From an uncultured Eubacteriales bacterium (GTDB lineage: Bacteria > Bacillota > Clostridia > Oscillospirales > Oscillospiraceae), in assembly GCA_900546415.1 (NCBI GenBank), contig URCY01000002.1:605-64604 (forward strand): a stretch of 64,000 nt of DNA. Direction: 5' to 3'. The position numbers and the translations under genes were made by a program. Below the pieces are notes generated by a model, which saw nothing but the letters and a program-made list of their open reading frames with translations, was not told the origin of the DNA and did no database searches. Shown here piece by piece: positions 1 to 9,965 of this stretch (its first letter is position 1; each line of letters opens with the position of its first letter).

Positions 1-719
1 ACGCCGAGGCGCTCGAGCAGGTCGAGGACGTGCAGGCGTCGACCTATCCGGAGTTTTCCGATCTTCTGACGGCGCTCAAGAGCGGCGCGATTGACGGCTA
101 TGTTGCCGAGGAGCCGACGGCACTGTCGGTCTGCGGCGCGGACGATTCGCTGACCTATCTTCCGCTTAAAAATAACGACACCGGCTTCACGGCGACAGCG
201 GCCGACGTCGGCATTGCAATCGGGCTGAAGAAGGGCTCGGAGCTGCGCGAGCAGCTCAACGCGATTCTGGCCGAGATCACGCCGGAGCAGCGCGCGGAGC
301 TGATGGAGCAGATCGTCGCGCTGGCGGCAGGGAAGTCCGTCGAGGCGTTTGCGCTGGAGATCCCGGAGACGGACGGCGCGAACGGCGTGCTGCGCGTCGG
401 AATGGAATGCGCCTATGAGCCGTATAACTGGACGGAGATGAACACGCCGAGCCTCGGCGCAGTTCCGATCAGCGGCGAGGGCAAGCAGGGACTCTATGCC
501 AACGGTTACGACGTGCAGGTCGCGCGCTATGTCGCCGCGCGGCTCGGGATGCAGCTTGAGATCTACGCAATGAGCTGGGAATCGCTGCTCCCGGCGCTGC
601 AATCCGGGACGATCGACGTGATTGCCGCCGGTATGAGCCCGACGGCCGAGCGCGAGCGCGAGATCGATTTCACCGACACCTATTACGAGTCGAATCTGGT
701 TGTGATCATCAGGAAGTGA
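1..719 (+). CDS. Polar amino-acid ABC transporter substrate-binding protein; 5' end lies outside the window
   Basis: ORF 30..719 continues to the window edge in frame. Two tandem type-3 periplasmic-binding lobes (GYVAEEP, second lobe from residue ~120). Followed by the cognate permease and ATPase. Confidence 0.7.
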   Translation, partial: AEALEQVEDVQASTYPEFSDLLTALKSGAIDGYVAEEPTALSVCGADDSLTYLPLKNNDTGFTATAADVGIAIGLKKGSELREQLNAILAEITPEQRAELMEQIVALAAGKSVEAFALEIPETDGANGVLRVGMECAYEPYNWTEMNTPSLGAVPISGEGKQGLYANGYDVQVARYVAARLGMQLEIYAMSWESLLPALQSGTIDVIAAGMSPTAEREREIDFTDTYYESNLVVIIRK

Positions 720-723
720 CGAT

Positions 724-1488
724 ATGAGCTTTTGGACAGACGTTTGGAATATTTTTCGGAATTATTATCCGCAGCTTTTGCAGGGCGTCGGCAATACGAT
801 GCTCATCGCCCTGACGGGCACGCTGGCGGGGCTTCTGATCGGCCTGCTGACGGGCGTGGCGCGGACGGCGCCGCTTTCACGCAGCTCCGTTCTGCGCCTG
901 CTGCAACGGCTGCTGAACGGCTTGATCGCGGTCTATGTCGAGGTGTTCCGCGGCACGCCGATGATGGTGCAGTCAATGGTGATCTACTGGGGCTATGCCT
1001 TCGCGACCGGCGGAAGCACGCTGCCGCTGATCCCGTCCGGCATTTTGATCGTCTCGATCAACACGGGTGCCTATATGGCCGAGATTGTCCGCGGCGGCAT
1101 CCTCTCGGTCGACCGGGGGCAGTTCGAGGGCGCGCAGGCCATCGGGATGCGCCACGGGCAGACCATGCGGCGGGTGATCCTGCCGCAGGTCATCCGCAGC
1201 ATTTTGCCCTCGGTCAGCAACGAATTTGTTATTAACATCAAGGATACCTCGGTGCTGAACGTGATCGGCGTGACGGAGCTTTACTATTTCGCCGGGATCA
1301 TCAAGCGGCAGAATTTTCAGACCTTCCAGACCTATCTGGTGGTCTGCGCGATCTATTTTGTGCTGACCTTTGCGGTCACGCGGCTGCTGCGCCTGCTCGA
1401 GAAGCGCCTCGAGGGCAAAAACAGCTATACGGTTTTCGGCTCACAGACGGATTTCAACGCCGAAATTCACATTCAAAAGGAGGCCTGA
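724..1488 (+). CDS. Amino-acid ABC transporter permease (His/Glu/Gln/Arg/opine family)
   Basis: 254 aa, multi-TM, with the EAA-like motif region ([12 protein letters not shown]). Located between the substrate-binding protein and the ATPase. Confidence 0.8.
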   Translation: MSFWTDVWNIFRNYYPQLLQGVGNTMLIALTGTLAGLLIGLLTGVARTAPLSRSSVLRLLQRLLNGLIAVYVEVFRGTPMMVQSMVIYWGYAFATGGSTLPLIPSGILIVSINTGAYMAEIVRGGILSVDRGQFEGAQAIGMRHGQTMRRVILPQVIRSILPSVSNEFVINIKDTSVLNVIGVTELYYFAGIIKRQNFQTFQTYLVVCAIYFVLTFAVTRLLRLLEKRLEGKNSYTVFGSQTDFNAEIHIQKEA

Positions 1489-1490
1489 GC

Positions 1491-2225
1491 ATGGCGGTCA
1501 TCGAGCTGGTACATCTGGAAAAGCGCTTCGGCGCGCACGAGGTTTTGCGCGGCGTGGATCTGAGCGTGGAGCAGGGCGAGGTCCTGAGCGTGATCGGCGC
1601 GTCCGGCTCAGGCAAGAGCACGATGCTGCGCTGCATCAATCTGCTCGAGACGCCGACGGCCGGACAGGTGCGCTATCGCGGACAGGCCGTGACGGAGCGG
1701 ACGGTGAACCTGCCGCAGTACCGCGCAAGGGTCGGCATGGTCTTCCAGAGCTTCAATCTGTTTCACAACATGACGGCGCTGGAGAATTGCATCGTCGGAC
1801 AGACGAGCGTGCTCGGACGCAAGCGCCCGGAGGCGCGCGAAAACGCGATGCGTTATCTCGAGCAGGTCGGCATGACGCCCTATATCCATGCGAAGCCCGC
1901 GCAGCTCTCGGGCGGGCAGAAGCAGCGCGTGGCCATTGCGCGTGCGCTGGCCATGGAGCCGGAGGTGCTGCTGTTTGACGAGCCGACCAGCGCGCTCGAC
2001 CCGCAGATGGTCGGCGAGGTGCTTTCGGTCATGCGTGAGCTGGCGTCGCAGGGGCTGACAATGATCGTGGTGACGCATGAAATGGCGTTCGCGCGGGACG
2101 TTTCGACGCGCGTGGCCTTCATGGCCGACGGCACGATCTGCGAGAGCGGCACGCCGGAGCAGATCTTCCAGAACCCGAGGCAGGAAAAAACACGGGAGTT
2201 CCTTGCACGCTTCCGCAGCACATAG
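1491..2225 (+). CDS. Amino-acid ABC transporter ATP-binding protein (GlnQ-like)
   Basis: Walker [10 protein letters not shown], signature [15 protein letters not shown], Walker [12 protein letters not shown]. Confidence 0.9.
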   Translation: MAVIELVHLEKRFGAHEVLRGVDLSVEQGEVLSVIGASGSGKSTMLRCINLLETPTAGQVRYRGQAVTERTVNLPQYRARVGMVFQSFNLFHNMTALENCIVGQTSVLGRKRPEARENAMRYLEQVGMTPYIHAKPAQLSGGQKQRVAIARALAMEPEVLLFDEPTSALDPQMVGEVLSVMRELASQGLTMIVVTHEMAFARDVSTRVAFMADGTICESGTPEQIFQNPRQEKTREFLARFRST

Positions 2226-2231
2226 GCACAG

Positions 2232-2264
2232 ACGGGAGGATCGAAAGGATTCTCCCGTTTTCGG
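2232..2264 (+). terminator. Rho-independent terminator after the amino-acid ABC operon
   Basis: Hairpin acgggag...ctcccgt followed by tttcgg. Confidence 0.5.
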
Positions 2265-2324
2265 TGATTGTGACACTTTTTGAGCGCTGCACAAAATTTG
2301 GACACCGCTCGTGCGATTGCCCCT

Positions 2325-2352
2325 TTCAAAATTCGACCGTTTCCGCTATAAT
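2325..2352 (+). promoter_or_regulatory. Sigma-A-type promoter upstream of the hgdB-like gene
   Basis: TTCAAA, 16-nt spacer, TATAAT. Confidence 0.4.
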
Positions 2353-2422
2353 ATCGAGTTATAAGGAAAATTGTTGCTTTTTGAAGGATGTGAAGCCGGT
2401 GACGGTTGATTTTACGAAAGAA

Positions 2423-3658
2423 ATGAAGCGCGATTACACGATCATTGCGCCGGATATTTTCCCGACGCATATGGAGCTGATCTCCGAGGTGTTCCGCCTG
2501 TATGGCTATCGGCTCGTGATCGCAAAGTACGAGGGCAAGGAGGTCATCGACACCGGCCTGAAGTACCTGCACAACGACGTCTGTTACCCTGCGATCTGTA
2601 TGCTCGGGCAGCAGATCTATGCCCTGACCTGCGGCGATTTTGACCCGCACCGCTGCGCGCTGATCCAATTCCAGACCGGCGGCGGCTGCCGCGCGTCGAA
2701 TTATATCTGTCTGCTGCGCAAGGCGCTGGAAAAAATGGACATGGCCTACGTTCCGGTCATTTCGCTGAGCTTCGGCGGGTATGAAAAATACAGCGGCTTT
2801 CATATCACGCCCGGCATGGTCGCCTGCGCAATGCGGTCGCTCGTCTACGGCGATATGCTCCTGCTGCTGAAGAATCAGACGCTGCCCTATGAGCAAAACG
2901 CCGGGGACACGCGCCGCATCGTCGAAAAATGGATCGCGCGGCTGACCGACGATTTCCGTCACAGACGCGGCCTGACCTCGGCGGGCATGAAAAAGCGCCT
3001 GCGCGCGATGGCCAAGGACTTTCACGACATTCCGCGCGAAAAGAAAAAGCTGAAAAAGGTCGGGATCGTCGGGGAGATCTATGTGAAATACTCCTCCTTC
3101 GGCAACAACGGGCTGGAGCGATTCCTGCTCTCGCAGGGCTGCGAATATATGGTTCCGGGCGTGCTGGGCTTTTTCCAGTATTGCTTTGCCAACATCGAGA
3201 CCGATCGCAAATACTACGGCGGCAGCCGCGCGATGCTGCTCGTCGGCAGGACGATGGAGCGCATCGCCGACCGCTGGGAAAGCGCCCTCATCGACGCACT
3301 CAAGCCTTATCCGGACTTTGCCGCGCCGGTCGCCTTTGACCGCGTCAAGGAGCTGGCGGACACGATCATCGACCGGGGCGTTAAAATGGGCGAGGGCTGG
3401 CTGCTGCCCGGCGAGGCTGCCGAGCTGATTGAAAAGGGCTATTCCAATGTGATTTGCGCGCAGCCCTTCGGCTGTCTGCCGAACCACATCGTGGGCAAGG
3501 GGACGATCCGCCGTCTGCGCGAGCGTTACCCGAACGCGAACGTTTTCCCGGTGGACTATGACGCCGGGGCATCGCGCGTGAATCAGGAGAACCGCATCAA
3601 GCTGATGCTTGCAATCGCGGAGGAAGAGGAGGCGGAGCATGAAACGGTTAGGGCTTGA
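2423..3658 (+). CDS. 2-hydroxyacyl-CoA dehydratase D-component-like protein (HgdB/DUF2229-like); start uncertain (alternative GTG at 2399)
   Basis: N-terminus MKRDYTIIAPDIFPTHMELI...CYPA. Homologous to the C-terminal third of the downstream 981-aa protein. Purine-rich ribosome-binding site before ATG 2423. Confidence 0.6.
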   Translation: MKRDYTIIAPDIFPTHMELISEVFRLYGYRLVIAKYEGKEVIDTGLKYLHNDVCYPAICMLGQQIYALTCGDFDPHRCALIQFQTGGGCRASNYICLLRKALEKMDMAYVPVISLSFGGYEKYSGFHITPGMVACAMRSLVYGDMLLLLKNQTLPYEQNAGDTRRIVEKWIARLTDDFRHRRGLTSAGMKKRLRAMAKDFHDIPREKKKLKKVGIVGEIYVKYSSFGNNGLERFLLSQGCEYMVPGVLGFFQYCFANIETDRKYYGGSRAMLLVGRTMERIADRWESALIDALKPYPDFAAPVAFDRVKELADTIIDRGVKMGEGWLLPGEAAELIEKGYSNVICAQPFGCLPNHIVGKGTIRRLRERYPNANVFPVDYDAGASRVNQENRIKLMLAIAEEEEAEHETVRA

Positions 3659-6554
3659 CATCGGCTCGACGACGCTCAAATGCGTCGTTCTGGGCGAGAA
3701 CGACACGATCGAGTATTCCGTATATCGCCGCCATTTCTCGCGCATTCCCGAAACGGCGGCGGAGCTGATCCGTGAGCTGCGCGAAAAATTCCCGAAAGAG
3801 ACGTTCTCCGTGACGATCTCCGGCTCGGCCGGCATGGGCATCGCCGAAAAGGCCGGACTGCCCTTTGTGCAGGAGGTCTATGCCGAAAAGCTTGCCGTGC
3901 AGCGCGCCGCGCCGGACGCCGACGTGGTCATCGAGCTGGGCGGTGAGGATGCGAAGATTCTCTTCCTCTCCGGTGGCTTCGAGATGCGCATGAACGGCAC
4001 CTGCGCCGGGGGTACGGGCGCGTTCATCGACCAGATGGCCGCGCTGCTGCACGTCACGCCGACGGAGCTGAACGATCTGGCCGCCAAGCGCGAGAAGATC
4101 TGCACGATCGCCTCCCGCTGCGGCGTGTTTGCAAAGTCGGATGTGCAGCCGCTGCTCAATCAGGGCGCGCGCCACGAGGACATTGCCGCCGGGATCTTTT
4201 ATGCCGTTGTGAACCAGACCGTCGCCGGTCTGGCGCAGGGCAGAAGGATCACCGGCAGGGTGCTCTATCTGGGCGGGCCGCTGTATTTCCTTCCGGAGCT
4301 GCGCAAAAGCTTCGACGATGTGCTGAAAACCACGGGCACCTGCCCGGAGAACGCGCTTTATTTCGTCGCGCTCGGCGCGGCGCGCTCGGGGACGGGCGCG
4401 GAGCTGACGCTTGAAGCCTTGCAGGCCGCGCTCGAGCTGCGTGCGGATTACACGCAGAGCTGCCACGCGACGCCGCTTTTTGCAAACGGCGCGGAATATG
4501 AGGCCTTTCGGCGGCGGCACGAGGCTGCCTCCGAGGGCATTCGGGAGCTGGATGCGCCGCAGGACGAGATGTTTCTGGGCATCGACGCCGGGTCGACCAC
4601 GGTCAAGCTCGTGCTCTGCGACCGCGCGGGCAACCTGTTTCGCCCGTTTTATGCGCCGAACGCGGGCAACCCCGTGCCGCTCGTGCGCGACTATCTGCAA
4701 AAGCTCTATGCGGCCTATCCGAAGCTGAAGATCGCCGGTTCGGCGGTCACGGGCTACGGCGAGGAGCTGATCCGCAACGCGTTCTCCGTCGACCTCGGCA
4801 TCGTCGAGACGGTCGCGCACTATACGGCTGCGAAAAAATTCCGCCCTGACGTCGATTTCATTCTCGACATCGGCGGGCAGGACATCAAATGCTTCCAGAT
4901 CCGCAACGGCGCGATCGACAACCTCTATCTGAACGAGGCCTGCTCGTCCGGCTGCGGCTCGTTCCTCCAGACCTTCGCCGGGGCGCTGGGCTATACGACG
5001 GCCGAATTTGCGAAGCTCGGCCTTTTTGCCAAGGCGCCCGTGGAGCTTGGCTCGCGCTGCACCGTCTTCATGAACAGCGCCGTCAAGCAGGCGCAGAAGG
5101 ACGGCGCGACGATCGAGGACATCGCCGCCGGACTCTCCGTCAGCGTGGTGAAAAACGCGCTCTACAAGGTCATTCGCTGCGCCAATGCGCGCGAGATCGG
5201 CAAGAACATCGTTGTGCAGGGCGGCACCTTCCTGAACGACTGCGTCCTGCGCGCGTTCGAAATGGAGATCGGCCGCGAGGTCATCCGTCCGAAATTCGCA
5301 CCGCTGATGGGCGCTTACGGCGCGGCGCTCTATGCGCTCGAGCGCTCGACGGGCAAGAGCACGATCCTCGATGCGCAGGGGCTTGCGGATTTTCAGCACA
5401 GCATCCGCGCCATGACCTGCAGCGGCTGCACGAATCACTGCTCCCTGACAGTCAACACCTTCTCGGGCAACCGGCGCTACATCGCGGGCAACCGCTGCTC
5501 GAAGCCCTTGGGCAGAGCCAAGCAGGAGCATCCGCGCGATCTCTATGCCGATAAGCAGCGTCTGCTCTCGGCTTATATGCATGACGAGCCGCGCGCCGAC
5601 CGGCGCACCGTCGGCCTGCCGATGGGGCTGAATTTCTATGAGCTGCTGCCGTTCTGGCACGCGTTCTGGACGAAGCTGGGCTTCAACGTGCTCGTCTCGC
5701 CCTATTCCGACCGCAAGCTCTACCGCATGGGGCAGGACACAATCCCGTCCGACACGGCCTGCTACCCGGCCAAGCTCATGCACGGGCACATCGAATGGCT
5801 GCTCGCGCACGAGCCGGACTTCATTTTCTATCCGGATATGAGCTATAACGTTGAAGAAGGGCTGGGCGTGAACCATTTCAACTGCCCGGTCGTGGCCTAT
5901 TATCCGCAGGTTTTGAAGCTGAATATGCCCGGCTTGCAGGGGAAAACGCCGTTCTTGTGCGATTTTCTGTCGCTTGCGGACGAAAAACAGTTTGAAAAGC
6001 GGATGCGCGCCGTGCTCAAGGCGCATTTTCCGGAGATCGATCGCAAAACGCTGCACGAGGCGGTGCGCGCCGCCTATGCCGAGCAGGAGACGTATCGCCA
6101 AACGGTGCGCGACATTGCCGCCGAATATCTCTGCGAGGCTGAGCGCGAAAACAAGCCCGTGATCGTGCTGGCCGGCCGGCCGTACCACGCCGACCCCGAG
6201 ATCAACCACGGCATCGACAAACTGCTGACGTCACTGGGTGCGGTCGTTATCACGGAGGACAGCATCAGCGACCGCACGCAGCCGTTTGAGACGCAGGTGC
6301 GCAATCAGTGGACGTATCACGCGCGGCTGTATGCGGCGGCGAAATACATCGCACAGAGCAAAAAGAAGCTGTTTTTGGTGCAGCTCGTCTCCTTCGGCTG
6401 CGGCGTCGACGCGATCACGACCGACGAGGTGCGGTCGATCCTCGAGGCCGCGGACAGCCCCTATACGCAGATCAAAATTGACGAAATTTCCAACATGGGC
6501 GCCGTGACGATTCGTCTGCGCAGCCTGTTTGCGGTGATTTCCGACAAAAAGTGA
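3639..6554 (+). CDS. CoA-substrate-specific enzyme activase-type protein: two BadF/BadG/BcrA/BcrD-type ATPase domains fused to an HgdB/DUF2229-like domain
   Basis: Two repeats of the ASKHA ATPase N-motif (LGLDIGSTTLKCVVL and LGIDAGSTTVKLVLC). C-terminal region with GLNFYELLPFWHAFW...CYPAK. GGAGG ribosome-binding site before ATG 3639, which overlaps the upstream gene. Confidence 0.75.
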   Translation: MKRLGLDIGSTTLKCVVLGENDTIEYSVYRRHFSRIPETAAELIRELREKFPKETFSVTISGSAGMGIAEKAGLPFVQEVYAEKLAVQRAAPDADVVIELGGEDAKILFLSGGFEMRMNGTCAGGTGAFIDQMAALLHVTPTELNDLAAKREKICTIASRCGVFAKSDVQPLLNQGARHEDIAAGIFYAVVNQTVAGLAQGRRITGRVLYLGGPLYFLPELRKSFDDVLKTTGTCPENALYFVALGAARSGTGAELTLEALQAALELRADYTQSCHATPLFANGAEYEAFRRRHEAASEGIRELDAPQDEMFLGIDAGSTTVKLVLCDRAGNLFRPFYAPNAGNPVPLVRDYLQKLYAAYPKLKIAGSAVTGYGEELIRNAFSVDLGIVETVAHYTAAKKFRPDVDFILDIGGQDIKCFQIRNGAIDNLYLNEACSSGCGSFLQTFAGALGYTTAEFAKLGLFAKAPVELGSRCTVFMNSAVKQAQKDGATIEDIAAGLSVSVVKNALYKVIRCANAREIGKNIVVQGGTFLNDCVLRAFEMEIGREVIRPKFAPLMGAYGAALYALERSTGKSTILDAQGLADFQHSIRAMTCSGCTNHCSLTVNTFSGNRRYIAGNRCSKPLGRAKQEHPRDLYADKQRLLSAYMHDEPRADRRTVGLPMGLNFYELLPFWHAFWTKLGFNVLVSPYSDRKLYRMGQDTIPSDTACYPAKLMHGHIEWLLAHEPDFIFYPDMSYNVEEGLGVNHFNCPVVAYYPQVLKLNMPGLQGKTPFLCDFLSLADEKQFEKRMRAVLKAHFPEIDRKTLHEAVRAAYAEQETYRQTVRDIAAEYLCEAERENKPVIVLAGRPYHADPEINHGIDKLLTSLGAVVITEDSISDRTQPFETQVRNQWTYHARLYAAAKYIAQSKKKLFLVQLVSFGCGVDAITTDEVRSILEAADSPYTQIKIDEISNMGAVTIRLRSLFAVISDKK

Positions 6555-6563
6555 GGGATGGAT

Positions 6564-7259
6564 ATGAAAATTCTTGCGGTTTTGCTTGCGATCGTCGTGC
6601 CCTATCTCGTCGGCGGGATCAATCCGGCGATCGTGCTCTCCAATCTGATCTATCACCGCGATATTCGGCAGTGCGGCAGCAAAAATCCGGGCTTCACGAA
6701 CTTTAAACGCGTGTTTGGCGGGAAAATCGCGTGGCTGGTCTTCGTGCTCGACATCGCGAAATCGGTCGCGGTCTGCCTGCTCGGCGGGTGGCTCTTCGGC
6801 CGCGCCTTCGGGCAGCATCAGCTCGGCGTCGCCTTTGCGGGTCTGTTCGTGATGCTGGGGCACTGCTTCCCGGCGTGGTACGGCTTCCGCGGCGGCAAGG
6901 CGTTTCTTGCCGGGGCGGGCGCGATCTGGTGCATCGACTGGCGCGCCGGGCTGGTTGCCATGTGCGTGCTGATGCTTGTTCTGTTCTCGCTGCATTATAT
7001 GTCGCTGGCGTCCGTCTGCGCCGGGCTTTCCTGCCCGGTCACGCTGGCGATCGTCGGCGTGCAGACGCCGTGGGTGCTGGCGCTGTGTGTGCTGTCCGTG
7101 GCGCTGATGGTCTGGCGGCATAAGGCGAACCTTCTGCGCCTGAAGAACGGAACGGAATCGAGGTTCTATTTCGGGCATAAGGAGGAGACTGCGTCTGGGG
7201 ACGAGACGATGGCCGAGGCGGAGCGTTCCGGAAAAATGGAGCGTGAGCACATTGCTTAA
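6564..7259 (+). CDS. plsY: Glycerol-3-phosphate acyltransferase PlsY (acyl-phosphate:G3P acyltransferase) with a ~35-aa C-terminal extension
   Basis: GSKNPGFTN signature, multi-TM. GAGGG ribosome-binding site 6 nt before ATG 6564. Confidence 0.85.
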   Translation: MKILAVLLAIVVPYLVGGINPAIVLSNLIYHRDIRQCGSKNPGFTNFKRVFGGKIAWLVFVLDIAKSVAVCLLGGWLFGRAFGQHQLGVAFAGLFVMLGHCFPAWYGFRGGKAFLAGAGAIWCIDWRAGLVAMCVLMLVLFSLHYMSLASVCAGLSCPVTLAIVGVQTPWVLALCVLSVALMVWRHKANLLRLKNGTESRFYFGHKEETASGDETMAEAERSGKMEREHIA

Positions 7260-8022
7260 ACAAGATAAGCCGTGCGGCTTTGAAGCGGCGTTCGCCGCGT
7301 GGAACAGGCAGGCGCTGCGGCCGCATGTTTTGCTGGATGCGTCAACAAACGGCACAATGCGCACGCGCTTCGGCGGGGCATCGTTGGGAAAAGCGCCGCT
7401 CGACACGAGCGGCAGGCCGATGCGGATGCTCTGCGCGGTGGATTTTTCGGAGCTTCCGATGCTGCCGGATTTTCCGCAGACGGGACTTCTGCGCATTTAT
7501 GTAAAGGACGATGCACTCTTCGGCATGGACTACGACGAGCCGACCGCGCAGAGAGACTTCCGCGTGCTCTACGATGCGGACGGGAGCGGCCTGATGCCGC
7601 AGGAGGAGCCGGGGGAGAGCGACTATTTCCCGATCCCGCTGTGCTGCCCGTGCCGCGCCGCGACGCTCGAGCAGCAGCCGATCCCCTACGGGAATTACCG
7701 CTTTGACGAGCCGTTTTCTGCCCTGCTGCGCCGCCACGGTGTTGCGGACATCGACGGGGAGATGGAGTGCCGCCTCACGCACGCGCGGGAGCTTCAGCTG
7801 CCCGCGATCGGCGGCTATGCGTGGTTCACGCAGGACGACCCGCGCACATTTGAAAAAAAGTGGCAGCGTTATGACACGCTGCTCCTGCAAATTCCGTACC
7901 GGGATGAGCCGGACGCCATGTTCCGCATCGGCGACGGCGGTGTGATCAATTTTTTGATCCCGCATGAAAAGCTGAAAAAACGCGATTTTTCCGACGTCCT
8001 TTTCTGGTGGGACTGCTATTAA
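7243..8022 (+). CDS. DUF1963 (YwqG-like) domain protein; start uncertain
   Basis: C-terminal FRIGDGGVINFLIP motif typical of DUF1963. ORF overlaps the plsY stop; no strong ribosome-binding site. Confidence 0.5.
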   Translation: MSTLLKQDKPCGFEAAFAAWNRQALRPHVLLDASTNGTMRTRFGGASLGKAPLDTSGRPMRMLCAVDFSELPMLPDFPQTGLLRIYVKDDALFGMDYDEPTAQRDFRVLYDADGSGLMPQEEPGESDYFPIPLCCPCRAATLEQQPIPYGNYRFDEPFSALLRRHGVADIDGEMECRLTHARELQLPAIGGYAWFTQDDPRTFEKKWQRYDTLLLQIPYRDEPDAMFRIGDGGVINFLIPHEKLKKRDFSDVLFWWDCY

Positions 8023-8028
8023 AAAACA

Positions 8029-8068
8029 TCAGGCGGCGTGGTCAAAGCACCACGCCGCCTGTCGTTTT
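8029..8068 (+). terminator. Rho-independent terminator
   Basis: caggcggcgtgg...ccacgccgcctg stem followed by a T-run. Confidence 0.6.
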
Positions 8069-8124
8069 GGAGAATATAAGCATCGCCGCGCTGCAAAAAG
8101 CCGGCGCGGCGATGGGTTCATAAG

Positions 8125-8826
8125 TTATTTGTTTTCGTATTCCGCTGCTGCGGCGTCGGCACGCTGGCAGAACAGGCGCACCTTGTCGATGTCCTTTTCC
8201 ATCACGCCGTCGCTGTATTTATAGCTGGTCTTGGTGAGAGAATCGACGCCGTAGGGGTGAATCTGACGGATGCACTCCTCAACATTATCCGGCCCGAGGC
8301 CGCCCGCGACGATCACGGGGATGTTGACGGAGCGGACGATCTCGGCGTCAATGCTCCAGTCGTGCGTCATGCCGCTGGCGCCGATGCCAGTGTCGGCGGC
8401 GAGGCCGGAGTCGGTGAGCAGGAAGTCGCAGAAGGTAGCGTAGTGCTTGGCGCGGTCAACGGCGGCAGGACCGTCCACCAGAACCGCCTGCATCAGCTTC
8501 ACGCCCGGGCACTCCTTGTGCAGGCGCTCGGCAAAGGCCTCGTCGGCGGTGTAGTCCATACCCGCGATGTGCAGGATGTCGGGCTTCACGCGCTTGGCAA
8601 GGAAGATCATCTCTTCCACATCTTTATTCAGCATGATGGCAACGCATTTCACGCCTCTGCGCCTGGCCTCGGCGAAGATCCGATCCACCACGTCCAGCGG
8701 AACACGGTGGGCGGGCACGCCGCCGCTCTGCATGGGAACCAGACCGATGTGGTCGGCGCCGGCATCCATGGTGGCCACGCTCTCGTTGTAATTCACCAGA
8801 GAATAGATTTGTTTGATCATTGTCAA
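8125..8826 (-). CDS. Phosphoribosylanthranilate isomerase (TrpF)-like TIM-barrel protein; no other trp genes nearby
   Basis: AGADHIGLV, DFLLTDS, GASGMTHDWS and PVIVAGGLGPDNV...PYGVD motifs parallel the PRAI motifs AGAD..GFVF, DxxLLDS, GGTGxxFDW and ILAGGL..A..PxxVD. Confidence 0.65.
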   Translation of the reverse strand: MTMIKQIYSLVNYNESVATMDAGADHIGLVPMQSGGVPAHRVPLDVVDRIFAEARRRGVKCVAIMLNKDVEEMIFLAKRVKPDILHIAGMDYTADEAFAERLHKECPGVKLMQAVLVDGPAAVDRAKHYATFCDFLLTDSGLAADTGIGASGMTHDWSIDAEIVRSVNIPVIVAGGLGPDNVEECIRQIHPYGVDSLTKTSYKYSDGVMEKDIDKVRLFCQRADAAAAEYENK

Positions 8827-8854
8827 TCACAGTCCTTTCGTTGCTTTCGGAAAA

Positions 8855-9769
8855 TCAAATCAGCGCTTCCTCGCAAAGCAGGGGAGACACCGTTTTGGAC
8901 GTTTGCAGGGTCAGGCTCGCGGCCTTCTGCGTCATTTCGCCGATGCGGCGCATGGAGAGGGTCTTGCCGAAGCGGCATCTTGCCCAGCAGATCACGGCCA
9001 TGCTGCAATCGCCCGCGCCGTTGACGCTGACGATCTCGGTCTTGACGATCGGCACCAGAGCGCTTTCGTCTTTGTTGCAGCAGAAGATGCCGTCCTTGCC
9101 CATGGAGATGAACACATTCTGAATGCCGAGGCCGAGCAGCTTGTCCGCTGCCTTTTTCGCGGAGGCCTCGTCGGTGATCTCAATGCCGGTGAGCAGCTGC
9201 GCCTCCAAGGCGTTGGGCTTGAAGCCCTCCAGACGGGGCAGAAGCGGCTTCAGGCGCGGCAGCTTGATCGTGGAGACCGGGTCGGCGTACATCGGAACGG
9301 TGCAGTTCTCGGCCAGCCATTGAATGCTTGCCTCACAGATGTTCGCGTCGACGACGCAAAGCGCCGCACCGTTGATGAGCGCCTTGCGCTCCTCCAGAAA
9401 TTCCGGCGTGACGCAATCGATCAGCGCCATGGCGTTGATGGCGGACATCATTTCGCCGGTGCTGTCGGTGATATAGAGGTAGGTGCAGCTCTTGCCGCCG
9501 GGAACCTTCTGCGCATAGTGCAGACCAATGCCGTCCTTTTCGCACTCCTCTTCGAGGATGCGGCCGAAATGATCGTCGCCGAAAGCCGTGACCAGCTCGA
9601 CGGGGACGCCCAGCTTGGCGATGTTCTGCGCGATGTTATGGCCGACGCCGCCGGCAGACAGCGCAACTGTGCCGATGTTAGAGTCCTTTTCGCGGTAAAC
9701 ATGACCGCAAAGACCGGCAATATCCAGATTCAGGCCGCCGACGACGACCACATAGGGTTGTTTTTCCAT
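8855..9769 (-). CDS. psuK: Pseudouridine kinase-like PfkB-family sugar kinase
   Basis: YVVVVGGLNLDIAG, AGGVGHNIAQNIAKLG, TGEMMSAINAM and NGAGDCSMA closely parallel E. coli YeiC/PsuK motifs. AAGGAGG ribosome-binding site before ATG at complement 9769. Confidence 0.7.
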   Translation of the reverse strand: MEKQPYVVVVGGLNLDIAGLCGHVYREKDSNIGTVALSAGGVGHNIAQNIAKLGVPVELVTAFGDDHFGRILEEECEKDGIGLHYAQKVPGGKSCTYLYITDSTGEMMSAINAMALIDCVTPEFLEERKALINGAALCVVDANICEASIQWLAENCTVPMYADPVSTIKLPRLKPLLPRLEGFKPNALEAQLLTGIEITDEASAKKAADKLLGLGIQNVFISMGKDGIFCCNKDESALVPIVKTEIVSVNGAGDCSMAVICWARCRFGKTLSMRRIGEMTQKAASLTLQTSKTVSPLLCEEALI

Positions 9770-9894
9770 GGGAAAGCCTCCTTGCTGCGACGCGGACAAG
9801 ACGATCCGCCGCTGTTCTTGTGCTACGGACATATTATACCATTCCTTCGACGGAAAAACAAGATTTTTTCTTCTGCATGAACGCAGAAAATGGA

Positions 9895-9923
9895 TTGCAA
9901 ACCGTGTCGAAGTGTATTATAAT
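9895..9923 (+). promoter_or_regulatory. Sigma-A promoter of the Fe-dependent alcohol dehydrogenase gene
   Basis: TTGCAA, 17-nt spacer, TATAAT. Confidence 0.6.
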
Positions 9924-9965
9924 AGCGATGTGAAGGAACTCACAACGAATTTCAGGAGGTTCATT

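Noticed and set aside
1880-3841. 653-aa ORF on the minus strand, antisense to the hgdB-like and activase genes
   Set aside because: Arg/Ala/Gly-rich low-complexity translation with no motifs. It is a typical stop-poor antisense frame in a high-GC genome and fully overlaps well-supported genes.
3648-6209. 853-aa antisense ORF opposite the activase gene
   Set aside because: Same high-GC artefact. No ribosome-binding site, no domain cues, and the sense strand carries clear ATPase motifs.
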